Assembly: GCA_045592105.1 (NCBI GenBank)
Contig: JAZNUB010000069.1
Span: 114,273 to 178,272, forward strand
DNA: 64,000 bases
DNA from: Eubacteriales bacterium
GTDB taxonomy: Bacteria > Bacillota > Clostridia > Oscillospirales > CAG-382
Direction of reading: 5' to 3'
Shown here: positions 9,899 to 19,883 of the stretch, piece by piece
Position numbering within the stretch: position 1 is the stretch's first letter
Layout of the letters: every line of letters starts with the position of its first letter
Notes under the pieces: generated by a model
What the model saw: only the letters and a program-made list of their open reading frames with translations
Database searches by the model: none
Told to the model about the DNA's origin: nothing
Made by a program: the position numbers and the translations under genes

Positions 9899-10822
9899 AT
9901 GTTTTGCACGAAATGCGGATTTAACATTGGAAACACTCCTACAAAGTTTTGCGAGCGTTGCGGCGAACGCTTGCAGGAAATGCCTATTAAGATAAATACC
10001 GTTAACCCAATATGCGTTAATACCGTGCCTGCTCCGTTGGGAAACGAAAACAAGGCTGTTTCTTCCGCGGACATTAAGGCTAAGGTAAAGGAATGTTTTT
10101 CCTCTAAGCTGTTTTTGTTCATTACAACCGCGTTTTTATTAAGAGTGGTTGCTGATATCGTATCAATAATAAGCGGCTCTACCGATGCTCAACTGCAGCA
10201 AAGCATCACTCTTTCGGAGTACGTACCATATGGGTACGCAATTATTGCAGATATTGTTATCGAGCTTATAAGGGTTGCATCTAACTTTTTGCTTGCCATA
10301 TCGCTATGGGTTTTATATTTCGCCGCCAAAGCCGATGATGGTTACAAAAAAGTAAAAGGCTTTATCACGCTTTTGATGTATACCGTAGCATTTAAATACG
10401 TTGCCGTTTTGCTTGTTTTTGTAAAAACTATATTCGGCAATACTTTTTCAGCACGGCTTATGAATTTGATTGGCGATAAAGATGGTGTTTCCTTAGGCGT
10501 TGTTGATGCAATTATTAACGCAATATTAGTTATTGTTGCAACCGTAGTGTTTTGTTTCCTAATAAGATCGATTGTAAACGTTAAAAACGCTCTATCTGAT
10601 AAAGAAGTAGTAAAACGCCCTTTCCTATTCTTGGCGATAGCTTGCTTTATCGGTGCATATTTGTGTATTTCGCAATTTGTAGGAGTAATCTTGGATTTTC
10701 TGTCTGTCTCAGAGCTTTCGTGGTATCATTTCGGCTTAATAAGTGCCGCAGTTTCCGCTGCTTTTTATACCCTTGTTGGTTTCCTTATTATCAAACTGCG
10801 CCGCAGTATTCCATGTTGTTAA
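9899..10822 (+). CDS. Hypothetical membrane protein with an N-terminal zinc ribbon
   Basis: MFCTKCG..KFCERCG followed by about 6 hydrophobic segments; GGAGG RBS. Confidence 0.75.
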   Translation: MFCTKCGFNIGNTPTKFCERCGERLQEMPIKINTVNPICVNTVPAPLGNENKAVSSADIKAKVKECFSSKLFLFITTAFLLRVVADIVSIISGSTDAQLQQSITLSEYVPYGYAIIADIVIELIRVASNFLLAISLWVLYFAAKADDGYKKVKGFITLLMYTVAFKYVAVLLVFVKTIFGNTFSARLMNLIGDKDGVSLGVVDAIINAILVIVATVVFCFLIRSIVNVKNALSDKEVVKRPFLFLAIACFIGAYLCISQFVGVILDFLSVSELSWYHFGLISAAVSAAFYTLVGFLIIKLRRSIPCC

Positions 10823-10837
10823 TGCAAAAAAATGATA

Positions 10838-10865
10838 AAAGCGCCCGTTTTTGCACGGGCGCTTT
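10838..10865. terminator. Bidirectional terminator
   Basis: AAAGCGCCCGT-ttttgc-ACGGGCGCTTT. Confidence 0.8.
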
Positions 10866-10873
10866 AGCGTTGT

Positions 10874-11284
10874 TTAGTTCAAATCCAAAAGCTTTGGGTC
10901 GATTGGTTCTACCACGAAAGAGTTTGACCAAAATCCGGGCTTCATAAACACCTTGGCATAAGCAATGCGGTTTTCGGGTGTAAGCGTTATCTGCAGATCC
11001 TTGCATTTTCTGTTCATACCGGCGGCACAATGAATTGTGTATGTACCGTAGGGAAGAGGAAAGCACAGGATTTCTTTGTTACCTATGTGTCCGTATGCTT
11101 CGCCGTTTAAGTATATTCCAAATCCACTTGCCACACCTAAGGGTGAACCTTGCCTATATAGATATATACACGCTTCGGTACAAGGTTCTATAGGCCTTTG
11201 ACATTCAGGGCAAAACTTTCCTTCCTCTGGGATATTGTTAACTTTATTGCATAGCGGGCATTTAATTCTAAGTTTCTTTGCCAT
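10874..11284 (-). CDS. Hypothetical protein with a zinc ribbon (CPLC..CPEC) and a small beta-rich domain
   Basis: AGGAG RBS; two CxxC pairs; IYLYRQ..GIYLNGE..LPYGTYTI beta pattern. Confidence 0.72.
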   Translation of the reverse strand: MAKKLRIKCPLCNKVNNIPEEGKFCPECQRPIEPCTEACIYLYRQGSPLGVASGFGIYLNGEAYGHIGNKEILCFPLPYGTYTIHCAAGMNRKCKDLQITLTPENRIAYAKVFMKPGFWSNSFVVEPIDPKLLDLN

Positions 11285-11325
11285 GGTATTCTCCTTTTCT
11301 GTTTTATGAAAAATTTATATGTGAA

Positions 11326-12387
11326 TTATCTTCCAATACCTTTCGCGGTAACTAATATACGGTCAACTATCGTATCACCGTCTACAAGATATATCTTATC
11401 GTAAAGATTAATAGTGGAGCAACAATGTGCAGGGATTAAATACATTTTTTCTCCAACTGAAGTTTCGGCGTTATAATTATGAAGCTGAAAATGCTCTTCG
11501 CTGGCAACGATTGTGTCCGCATGGCCATCGCGCGGAACTGGCATGCCTTGGTCTGTTCCGCATGTTTTAACGCCGGCGTCAACAACCGTAAGACCGCTTC
11601 TTTTACTTACAACCGTGGTGAGTACGAAAAGTGAATTTTTAAAAGGTAGAGATAAATTGCGGTAGGTTGCATCCATGAACAAATAGCTTCCGGCTTGCAA
11701 TTCAGTATAAAGCCCTTCAAGAGCCTTTATTTCAGCAGTGCCTGTGCTTCCGCCCGAAACAGTTTTTACCTTAAATCCATTTTCGTTTAAATACGAAATA
11801 AGATCTCTTAATTTGATATAGTTTGCAAGAGTCATTTCCTTGCGGGTTTTTATGTCTTCGATATGTGAAATATGTCCGGCATAGGCTTGAAGACCGTCAA
11901 ACACAAGATTGCCGCACTTAGAAATATGATTGGCAAGCGCCAAAACATCTTCTTTTGCTACAACGCCGCAACGTTCCATACCGATGTCGAATTCAATTAA
12001 ACAATGGATAATAGACCCGCTGTTTTTCGCCGCCAATGATAGTTCAGATATGTTCTCTTTGTTATCAACGCAAACAGTAAGCCTGCAATTCTTAGCTAAA
12101 TCTGCAAGTTTGCGGATTTTTTCAGGGGCAACAACTTGGTTGGCGATTAAAATATCCTCAATACCAATGTCGCACAGATCTTCGGCTTCGCTAAGCTTGG
12201 CACATGTCATGCCGATAGCTCCGTTTTCTATTTGCATTTTTGCAAGAGATGCACATTTATGTGATTTATAATGCGGGCGCAGTTTTAATGTAGTTTTTTC
12301 GATGATTTTGTTCATCGCTTAGAAGTTTGCATTAAGCAAATTCTTGTCCAGCACCGATGCAGGTGTGCTTAACCCGGAAATCTTCAT
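11326..12387 (-). pseudogene. D-threonine aldolase/DSD1-like PLP enzyme (alanine racemase fold) with an in-frame TAA at codon 23
   Basis: RPHYKSHK, YAGH, SGGSTGT, ELQAGSY, SEEH, PAHCC; the upstream in-frame sequence reads MKISGLSTPASVLDKNLLNANF*AM. Confidence 0.75.
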
Positions 12388-12896
12388 CCCATTCTCATTA
12401 AAAAACAAGCAATCTTGTGTTGCTTCTCACGCTTAGTTTTAGTAATTTGTTAAGCGTTTGTAATTAAAATCTAACTGTTTTATGTATTATAGCATTTTTT
12501 AAATGGAATTACAATAGATACAACTATCCATCTGGAAATATTTTTAGGAGGAATGCGCAGACTTTATTAATGCGACAAAACACAATCACTTATCTTTTAT
12601 AGGAAAAAACGAGCATACAGACTAAAGGTGTATGTCTTTGAAAAAATATAAAAGATAGCTTGCATTCTGTGACTAACCAATTGGGGCCTAAATTTATCCA
12701 AATCTCAATTAAACGATAATCACGACACTCAGTATATAATGGGGAATTGACACAATAGGTTATGGATATGATGGCAACATTTTTTCAAAAAAATAGGGGG
12801 GATAGGCATAAAAAAGCAGCCCCACCAAATAAATGATGAGACTGCGTAAATTTGTACTTTATAGGATATTCGGTTTTGTACTAAAACAAGTACAGA

Positions 12897-15530
12897 TTAG
12901 TCCTCCCCATATTTGATAGCAGCCTGTGCTGCTGCAAGGCGTGCTATCGGAACACGGAAGGGAGAGCAAGAAACGTAGTCAAGGCCTATATTATGGCAGA
13001 ACTCAACGGAAACGGGGTCGCCGCCATGCTCGCCGCAGATACCGCAGTGGATTTCGGGACGAGTTTTCTTACCCAAAGAAACAGCCATTTCCATAAGCTT
13101 GCCAACGCCGTTTTGATCAAGCTTTGCGAAGGGGTCGTTTTCGTATATCTTAGCATCGTAGTAAGCGGAAAGGAACTTACCTGCATCGTCACGGCTGAAG
13201 CCGAACGTCATCTGAGTAAGGTCGTTTGTACCGAAGCAGAAGAACTCAGCTTCCTTTGCCATTTCGTCGGCGGTAAGACACGCTCTGGGTATCTCTATCA
13301 TCGTACCAACTTCATACTTAAGCTCAACGCCTGCAGCTTTGATTTCTGCGTCAGCGGTAGCTACAACAACATCCTTAACGTACTTAAGCTCTTTAACCTC
13401 GCCCGTAAGAGGAATCATTATTTCGGGCACGAGATCCCAATCGGGATGAGCCTTCTTAACGTTGATGGCTGCACGGATAACGGCAGAGGTCTGCATTTTA
13501 GCGATTTCGGGATAAGTTACAGCAAGACGGCATCCGCGGTGACCCATCATCGGGTTAAATTCGTGGAGGGAAGTGATGATGTTCTTTATATCTTCAACAG
13601 ACTTACCCTGTGCATCTGCAAGAGCTTTAATGTCTGCTTCTTCGGTAGGAACGAACTCGTGAAGCGGAGGATCCAAGAAACCGATACAAACGGGGTTGCC
13701 TTCAAGTGCTTCGTAAAGCTCTTCAAAGTCGCCCTGCTGATAAGGAAGAATCTTATTAAGAGCTGCTTCTCTTTCGTTGGCGGTGTCAGCGCAAATCATT
13801 TCGCGGAAAGCGGCAATTCTCTCTGCCTCGAAGAACATATGCTCTGTACGGCAAAGACCGATACCTTCTGCGCCAAGCTCACGTGCTTTCTTAGCATCCG
13901 TGGGAGTGTCTGCATTTGTACGAACCTTAAGAGTTCTAAACTCGTCCGCCCAAGCCATTATTCTGCCAAATTCACCGGCGATTTCGGCATCAACGGTAGG
14001 AATAATACCATCGTAGATACAGCCGGTAGAACCGTCGAGGGAGATATAATCGCCTTCGTGGTATGTTTTGCCGGCAAGTGTGAACTTCTTGTTCTCTTCG
14101 TCCATAACGATTTCGCCACAGCCGGAAACACAGCAGGTACCCATACCGCGCGCAACAACTGCTGCGTGAGATGTCATACCGCCGCGAACGGTCAATATGC
14201 CCTGAGAAGCCTTCATGCCCGTGATGTCCTCGGGAGAAGTTTCAAGACGAACAAGAATAACCTTTTCGCCGCGAGCGTTCCAAGCATCTGCATCCTCTGC
14301 GGTGAATACAACCTTACCGCAAGCAGCACCGGGGGAAGCACCAAGACCTCTGCCTGCAGGTGTGGAAGCCTTAAGAGCCTTTGCATCGAACTGAGGGTGC
14401 AAAAGGGTATCAAGGTTTCTGGGGTCTATCATAGCAACAGCCTGCTTCTTATCTATCATACCTTCGTCAACGAGGTCGCAAGCAATCTTCAAAGCAGCCT
14501 TCGCAGTTCTCTTGCCGTTACGAGTTTGAAGCATAAAGAGTTTGCCGTGTTCAACGGTAAATTCCATATCCTGCATATCACGATAATGGTCTTCAAGTAT
14601 AGCGCAAACCTTGTTAAACTCTTCAAATGCTGCGGGGAATTTATCAGCCATCTCAGCGATGGGCATAGGAGTACGAACGCCTGCAACAACGTCTTCACCC
14701 TGTGCGTTTGTGAGAAACTCGCCCATAAGGCCCTTTTCACCTGTAGCAGGGTCACGCGTGAAGGCAACGCCGGTACCGCAATCGTCACCCATATTACCAA
14801 ACGCCATCATTTGTACGTTTACTGCGGTGCCCCAAGAATAGGGGATATCGTTATCGCGACGATAAACGTTTGCACGGGGGTTATCCCAAGAACGGAAAAC
14901 TGCTTCTACTGCGCCCATAAGCTGTTCCTTAGGGTCAGAGGGGAAGTCCTTACCTATCTTGTTTTTATATTCAGCCTTAAACTGCTCTGCAAGCGACTTA
15001 AAATCGTCAGCAGTAAGCTCAACGTCCTGCGTAACGCCCTTTTCTTCCTTCATTTTGTCGATAAGCTCTTCAAAATACTTCTTACCAACTTCCATAACAA
15101 CGTCGGAATACATCTGTATAAATCTTCTGTAGCAGTCATAAGCCCAACGTGCGTTACCGGACTGAGCCGCCATAGTTTCAACAACGTCTTCGTTAAGACC
15201 GAGGTTAAGAATTGTATCCATCATGCCGGGCATTGAAGCGCGCGCACCGGAACGTACGGAAACGAGAAGAGGATTTTTGCTATCACCAAACTTTTTGCCG
15301 GTGATGCCTTCAAGCTTCTCAATATACTCCATTATTTCTGCCTGTATATCGCTGTTAATCACTCTACCATCATCGTAGTACTTAGTACAAGCCTCGGTTG
15401 TAACGGTGAAGCCTTGGGGAACGGGAAGACCTATTTTAGTCATCTCAGCAAGGTTTGCACCTTTGCCGCCCAAAAGCTCTCTCATTTTGCCATTACCTTC
15501 ACTAAAAAGGTAAACATACTTATTTGCCAT
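12897..15530 (-). CDS. ppdK: Pyruvate, phosphate dikinase
   Basis: LGGKGANLAEM, GGMTSHAAVVAR phospho-His motif, GIGLCRTEHMF, FGTNDLTQ, GICGEHGG. Confidence 0.97.
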   Translation of the reverse strand: MANKYVYLFSEGNGKMRELLGGKGANLAEMTKIGLPVPQGFTVTTEACTKYYDDGRVINSDIQAEIMEYIEKLEGITGKKFGDSKNPLLVSVRSGARASMPGMMDTILNLGLNEDVVETMAAQSGNARWAYDCYRRFIQMYSDVVMEVGKKYFEELIDKMKEEKGVTQDVELTADDFKSLAEQFKAEYKNKIGKDFPSDPKEQLMGAVEAVFRSWDNPRANVYRRDNDIPYSWGTAVNVQMMAFGNMGDDCGTGVAFTRDPATGEKGLMGEFLTNAQGEDVVAGVRTPMPIAEMADKFPAAFEEFNKVCAILEDHYRDMQDMEFTVEHGKLFMLQTRNGKRTAKAALKIACDLVDEGMIDKKQAVAMIDPRNLDTLLHPQFDAKALKASTPAGRGLGASPGAACGKVVFTAEDADAWNARGEKVILVRLETSPEDITGMKASQGILTVRGGMTSHAAVVARGMGTCCVSGCGEIVMDEENKKFTLAGKTYHEGDYISLDGSTGCIYDGIIPTVDAEIAGEFGRIMAWADEFRTLKVRTNADTPTDAKKARELGAEGIGLCRTEHMFFEAERIAAFREMICADTANEREAALNKILPYQQGDFEELYEALEGNPVCIGFLDPPLHEFVPTEEADIKALADAQGKSVEDIKNIITSLHEFNPMMGHRGCRLAVTYPEIAKMQTSAVIRAAINVKKAHPDWDLVPEIMIPLTGEVKELKYVKDVVVATADAEIKAAGVELKYEVGTMIEIPRACLTADEMAKEAEFFCFGTNDLTQMTFGFSRDDAGKFLSAYYDAKIYENDPFAKLDQNGVGKLMEMAVSLGKKTRPEIHCGICGEHGGDPVSVEFCHNIGLDYVSCSPFRVPIARLAAAQAAIKYGED

Positions 15531-15696
15531 AAAGCATCCTCCTAAAATTGTATTTTCTTTACTCTTTCACATAACAAGTAATTATAGCATATAAATTTTA
15601 AAAACGCTATACATTTTTTGAAGAAATAAGAAGTTATATTGTATAAATTTATTGCCGCCATTTTTAATATTTTAACTAAAGTATATAAATAGAAGG

Positions 15697-15725
15697 TTGA
15701 CAAAATGTTTTTAAGGGTATATATT
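15697..15725 (+). promoter_or_regulatory. Sigma-A promoter of pth-mfd
   Basis: TTGACA-17-TATATT. Confidence 0.7.
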
Positions 15726-15758
15726 AAACAGGATGTATTAACATGGGAGGACTTATAA

Positions 15759-16367
15759 TTGAACGTTTTTTCTGCCTTCAAAAAGAGTAATATAGATTAT
15801 TTGTTGGTAGGGCTTGGAAACCCCGGCTCTAAATACGACAGAACACGCCACAATATTGGGTTTGCGGCTATTGATTATATAGGCAGCAAGCTTAATGCCG
15901 TGCCTAAAAAGCTGAAATTCTCTGCTTTGTATGAAAAATGCGTTATCGGTGGCAAAAACGTGTTGCTTATGAAGCCTCAAACATATATGAACAACAGCGG
16001 TGAAGTTGTTGGTGCCGCCGCACGCTTTTACAAAATACCGCCTGAACGCGTTATAGTTATTATGGACGATGTTTCTTTGCCTTGCGGCGCTTTAAGGGTG
16101 CGTAAAAAGGGAAGTGCAGGCGGGCACAACGGGCTAAAATCTATTAATCAGCATTTAAAAAGTGAAGAATACCCTCGTATTAAAATAGGTGTTGGAGAAA
16201 AGCCATCCCCTGATTATGACCTTGCAGATTGGGTTCTGTCGGCTCCCTCTGCTGCGGATAGTGAAAAAATTATATCAAGGTTTGACGATATATATAAAGC
16301 GGTTTCGTATATAGTTGCAGACGATTTTAATTCCGCTATGAACGAGTGTAACAGGACGGTTATATGA
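15759..16367 (+). CDS. pth: Peptidyl-tRNA hydrolase
   Basis: VGLGNPG, TRHNIGF, KPQTYMN, GGHNG. Confidence 0.95.
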   Translation: MNVFSAFKKSNIDYLLVGLGNPGSKYDRTRHNIGFAAIDYIGSKLNAVPKKLKFSALYEKCVIGGKNVLLMKPQTYMNNSGEVVGAAARFYKIPPERVIVIMDDVSLPCGALRVRKKGSAGGHNGLKSINQHLKSEEYPRIKIGVGEKPSPDYDLADWVLSAPSAADSEKIISRFDDIYKAVSYIVADDFNSAMNECNRTVI

Positions 16368-19300
16368 ACATAATACTTGAGCATATCTGCAAGGAAAAAG
16401 AATTTTCTGCTTGTATCGAAAGCTTAAAAAACGGCAATTTCCCTGCGCTTATTAACGGTGTTTGCGATAGTGCGCTTCCTGCTTTTGCCTCTGCTTTAAG
16501 CAAAGAGCTTTCTAAAAAAGCAGTTTTTATTGCTCCTGACGAAAAAAGTGTAAACAAGCTAAAGGCTCAGCTTGAAGCGTATATGGACCGTGTGCTTGTA
16601 TTTCCTTCGAGAAGTATAATGTATGATACGGTGGAAACAGCTTCCCGCGAGTGGGAGCATAGCCGTGTTAGCGTGCTGGACAAGCTTTTAGACGGCGATT
16701 GGGATGCCGTTGTGTGCGTTCCTGATGCTATAATGCAATTCACCTTGCCGCCCGAAACGATAAAAGAATATAGCTTTTCACTTTCGGTTGGTAAAAGCTA
16801 CGATATTAAGCTTATATGTGATAAACTTTTGTTTATGGGGTATTGCAGGGCAGAGTTTGTTGAGGGTAAGGGGCAGTTTTCTGTACGCGGCGGTATATTG
16901 GATGTTTTCCCCTCGGGCGAGGAAAAGGCTGTTCGTATAGACTTCTTCGGTGACGAGGCGGATAAGATTGGGCATTTTGACGTGTTTACACAAAGGTGTG
17001 TGGACAGCGTAGCAAGTGTTAAAATATTGCCCTGTACCGAAAACGTATATGATTACAGCACGGCTTTGCGTGTTTTGGAGTTTGTTAATGAGAAGCTACA
17101 CAGCGCAAAGGGGCTGGATGGGCAAGCGATAACCACGCTTTGCCGTGAGCGTGACGCGATTGAGAATTTAAAAACCGTTATTTGCCCGGATAAATACCGC
17201 TCAATAATATTTGATAAATGCACAACGGTGTTTGATTATATAAACGATTCGATTTGCATTGTTGTAGACAGTAAACGCGTATCCGAGCGTGCTCGCACAT
17301 ACTATTGGGAAATAAGCAAGCAAATGGAAAGCCTTACGGATAGGGGGCTTACGGATTTTGACACTGCGCGTTGTTGCTTAACAGATAATGAGTTTAAGCT
17401 TTTAACGGAAAAGAAAAGCGTTGTTTTTGATGCGTTTTTAAATACGGGCACAACAGGAAAATATAAAAGCTATGCTAATATTTCAACCAAGCAAAACAGC
17501 GTTGCGGGCTTAAACCTATCTGTGCTTGCCGAAGAGCTTGAAACCTTAACAAATGCAGGGCATAGCGTTTTATATATCGCATCTAACAGTGTTTCTGCGG
17601 CTAATACATTATCTGTGCTTGAGGATAAAAATATACCTGCTTTTCGCTTTGAAAAGGAGCTTAAAGATGGGTATGTTGCAGTATCCGTTCCTTTGAAGGG
17701 CGTTATCAGCGGGTTTGAGCTGCCCGCGGCAGGTTTTTCTGTAATTGCAGAAGAGGCTGTTGCGCCTAAAAAGGTGAACAGAAGGAATATCAATGCAAGC
17801 TTTAAGGGCGAGCGTATAACCTCCTATGCTGATTTAAGTATAGGTGATTACGTTGTGCATATTAATCATGGTATAGGTGTTTTTTGTGGGCTGCATAATC
17901 TTGTAACGGATGGTGTTGCAAGGGATTTTATTAAAATATCCTATGCAGGTGGGGACACGTTATACGTTCCCGCAGGAAGGCTTGATACCGTAAGTAAATA
18001 CGTTGGCAACACAGAAAAAATCAAGCTTAATCGCTTAGGCGGTACGGAATGGTTCCGTACAAAGCAAAAAGCCAAAAACTCTGCAAAGAATATTGCAAAA
18101 GAGCTTTTGCAGCTTTACGGTGAACGTCAGCGCGGCATTGCCTGCCCGTGCGTTACTGATGATGAGCTGCAGGAAGAGTTCGAGGCAATGTTTGAATATC
18201 CCGAAACGGAAGGGCAGCTTGTTGCGGCTAAAGAGATAAAAACGGATATGGAAAAAAGCATTCCTATGGAGCGTTTGCTGTGTGGTGACGTAGGCTTTGG
18301 AAAAACCGAGGTTGCTTTACGCGCGGCTTTTAAAGCGGTTAATTCCGGCAAGCAGGTTGCGGTGCTTGTGCCTACCACCATTCTTGCGTGGCAGCATTTC
18401 CAAACGATGAAAACGCGTTTTCGCGGTTTCCCCGTAAATATCGGTATGCTTTCAAGCTTTAATGATAGACGTACTAACGATGAGAACGTTACAAAGCTTA
18501 AAACAGGTAGGCTTGATGTTGTTGTCGGTACACATAGGCTTTTACAAAAGGATGTTGGGTTTAAAGACTTAGGGCTTTTGATAATAGACGAGGAGCAACG
18601 CTTTGGCGTTACCCATAAGGAACGCCTAAAAACCTTAGCAAAAAGTGTGCATACCCTAACGCTTTCCGCAACTCCTATACCAAGAACGCTTAATATGGCA
18701 CTTAGCGGTATAAGGGATATGTCTGTTTTAGAGGATGCTCCTACGGATAGGCTTCCCGTGCAAAGCTATGTGCTTGAATATGACGAAGAAATACTGTTTA
18801 ACGCTATAGAGCGCGAGCTAAGACGCGGCGGACAGGTGTTTTATCTGCATAATAATATTGATGCGCTTTATCCTGCTGCGGCGGCTATTTCAAGGCGTTT
18901 TCCCGATTGCAACGTAGCGGTTGGCCACGGGCAAATGGACAAGGACAAGCTATCCGAGGTTTGGGAGTCTATGGTAAAGGGCGAAACGGATATACTTGTT
19001 TGCACAACCATAATTGAAACGGGTATCGACGTTCCAAACGCAAACACCTTGATTATTGAGGAAGCGGACCGTATGGGCTTATCACAGCTTCACCAAATTA
19101 GGGGGCGTGTAGGCCGTTCTACAAGGCGTGCCTATGCATATTTCACATATAGGCGCGGCAAGGTTTTGCAGGAGATTGCAGTCAAGCGTTTGCAAGCTAT
19201 AAAGGAATACACAGAGTTTGGAAGCGGCTTTAAAATTGCTATGCGTGATTTGGAGATTAGAGGGGCAGGAAACCTTCTGGGCGCAGAACAGCACGGGCAT

Positions 19301-19834
19301 ATCGAAAGCATTGGCTACGATTTGTATATCAAGCTTTTGCAGGAGGCGGTGGACGAGGAAAAGGGCATCGTTTCTCCTCAAACCGTAGACTGTACGGTTG
19401 ATATTCGCGTTAATGCATTTATTGCAGAGGAATATATTGCTTCGCCTGCTGTGAGAATAGACATTTACAAGAAAATAGCGTTTGCTTCTAACGAGAGCGA
19501 AAAAAGCGATTTGTGTGACGAACTGCGCGATAGGTTTGGGCCAATACCGGTAGAGGTTATCAGCTTGATAGATATATCACTTGCAAGGCACAAGGCTGCC
19601 GCGCTTGGCTTCACCTCTATTGAACAGAAGGAGGGCTTGATTTCCATGTATTCGGACAAGCTTGATATACGCGCTTGCACGGGTTTAAGCACTTCTTCAG
19701 ACTTTAGAGGTAGAATTATGATATCAGCAGGCTCGCGCCCACACGTATCATGCAGACTTAAAGGCGGTATTAGTGTTTTGCAAACGCTTACTGCTATGTT
19801 AGATACCTACGGTAAATTCTGTGAAAATGTGTAG
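16364..19834 (+). CDS. mfd: Transcription-repair coupling factor
   Basis: UvrB-homology region (VRGGILD), RID domain (VVHINHGIG), GDVGFGKT, DEEQRFG, QIRGRVGR, TRCF tail. Confidence 0.96.
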   Translation: MNIILEHICKEKEFSACIESLKNGNFPALINGVCDSALPAFASALSKELSKKAVFIAPDEKSVNKLKAQLEAYMDRVLVFPSRSIMYDTVETASREWEHSRVSVLDKLLDGDWDAVVCVPDAIMQFTLPPETIKEYSFSLSVGKSYDIKLICDKLLFMGYCRAEFVEGKGQFSVRGGILDVFPSGEEKAVRIDFFGDEADKIGHFDVFTQRCVDSVASVKILPCTENVYDYSTALRVLEFVNEKLHSAKGLDGQAITTLCRERDAIENLKTVICPDKYRSIIFDKCTTVFDYINDSICIVVDSKRVSERARTYYWEISKQMESLTDRGLTDFDTARCCLTDNEFKLLTEKKSVVFDAFLNTGTTGKYKSYANISTKQNSVAGLNLSVLAEELETLTNAGHSVLYIASNSVSAANTLSVLEDKNIPAFRFEKELKDGYVAVSVPLKGVISGFELPAAGFSVIAEEAVAPKKVNRRNINASFKGERITSYADLSIGDYVVHINHGIGVFCGLHNLVTDGVARDFIKISYAGGDTLYVPAGRLDTVSKYVGNTEKIKLNRLGGTEWFRTKQKAKNSAKNIAKELLQLYGERQRGIACPCVTDDELQEEFEAMFEYPETEGQLVAAKEIKTDMEKSIPMERLLCGDVGFGKTEVALRAAFKAVNSGKQVAVLVPTTILAWQHFQTMKTRFRGFPVNIGMLSSFNDRRTNDENVTKLKTGRLDVVVGTHRLLQKDVGFKDLGLLIIDEEQRFGVTHKERLKTLAKSVHTLTLSATPIPRTLNMALSGIRDMSVLEDAPTDRLPVQSYVLEYDEEILFNAIERELRRGGQVFYLHNNIDALYPAAAAISRRFPDCNVAVGHGQMDKDKLSEVWESMVKGETDILVCTTIIETGIDVPNANTLIIEEADRMGLSQLHQIRGRVGRSTRRAYAYFTYRRGKVLQEIAVKRLQAIKEYTEFGSGFKIAMRDLEIRGAGNLLGAEQHGHIESIGYDLYIKLLQEAVDEEKGIVSPQTVDCTVDIRVNAFIAEEYIASPAVRIDIYKKIAFASNESEKSDLCDELRDRFGPIPVEVISLIDISLARHKAAALGFTSIEQKEGLISMYSDKLDIRACTGLSTSSDFRGRIMISAGSRPHVSCRLKGGISVLQTLTAMLDTYGKFCENV

Positions 19835-19860
19835 ACAAATAAAGTTTTATATAGTATAAT
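19832..19860 (+). promoter_or_regulatory. Sigma-A promoter of the lipoprotein cluster
   Basis: TAGACA-17-TATAAT. Confidence 0.65.
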
Positions 19861-19883
19861 GCTCTTTAGGATGGTGAATTTGT

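Noticed and set aside
12319-12321. Stop-codon recoding in the PLP-enzyme gene
   Set aside because: The codon is TAA, which terminates many genes in this window; no Sec or Pyl context.
12993-15236. 747-aa ORF antisense to ppdK (likewise 5318-6004 vs gap, 25807-26868 vs BMP, 59591-60694 vs msmX)
   Set aside because: These are codon-register shadows of highly expressed genes that avoid TTA/CTA/TCA codons; they show no recognisable motifs.
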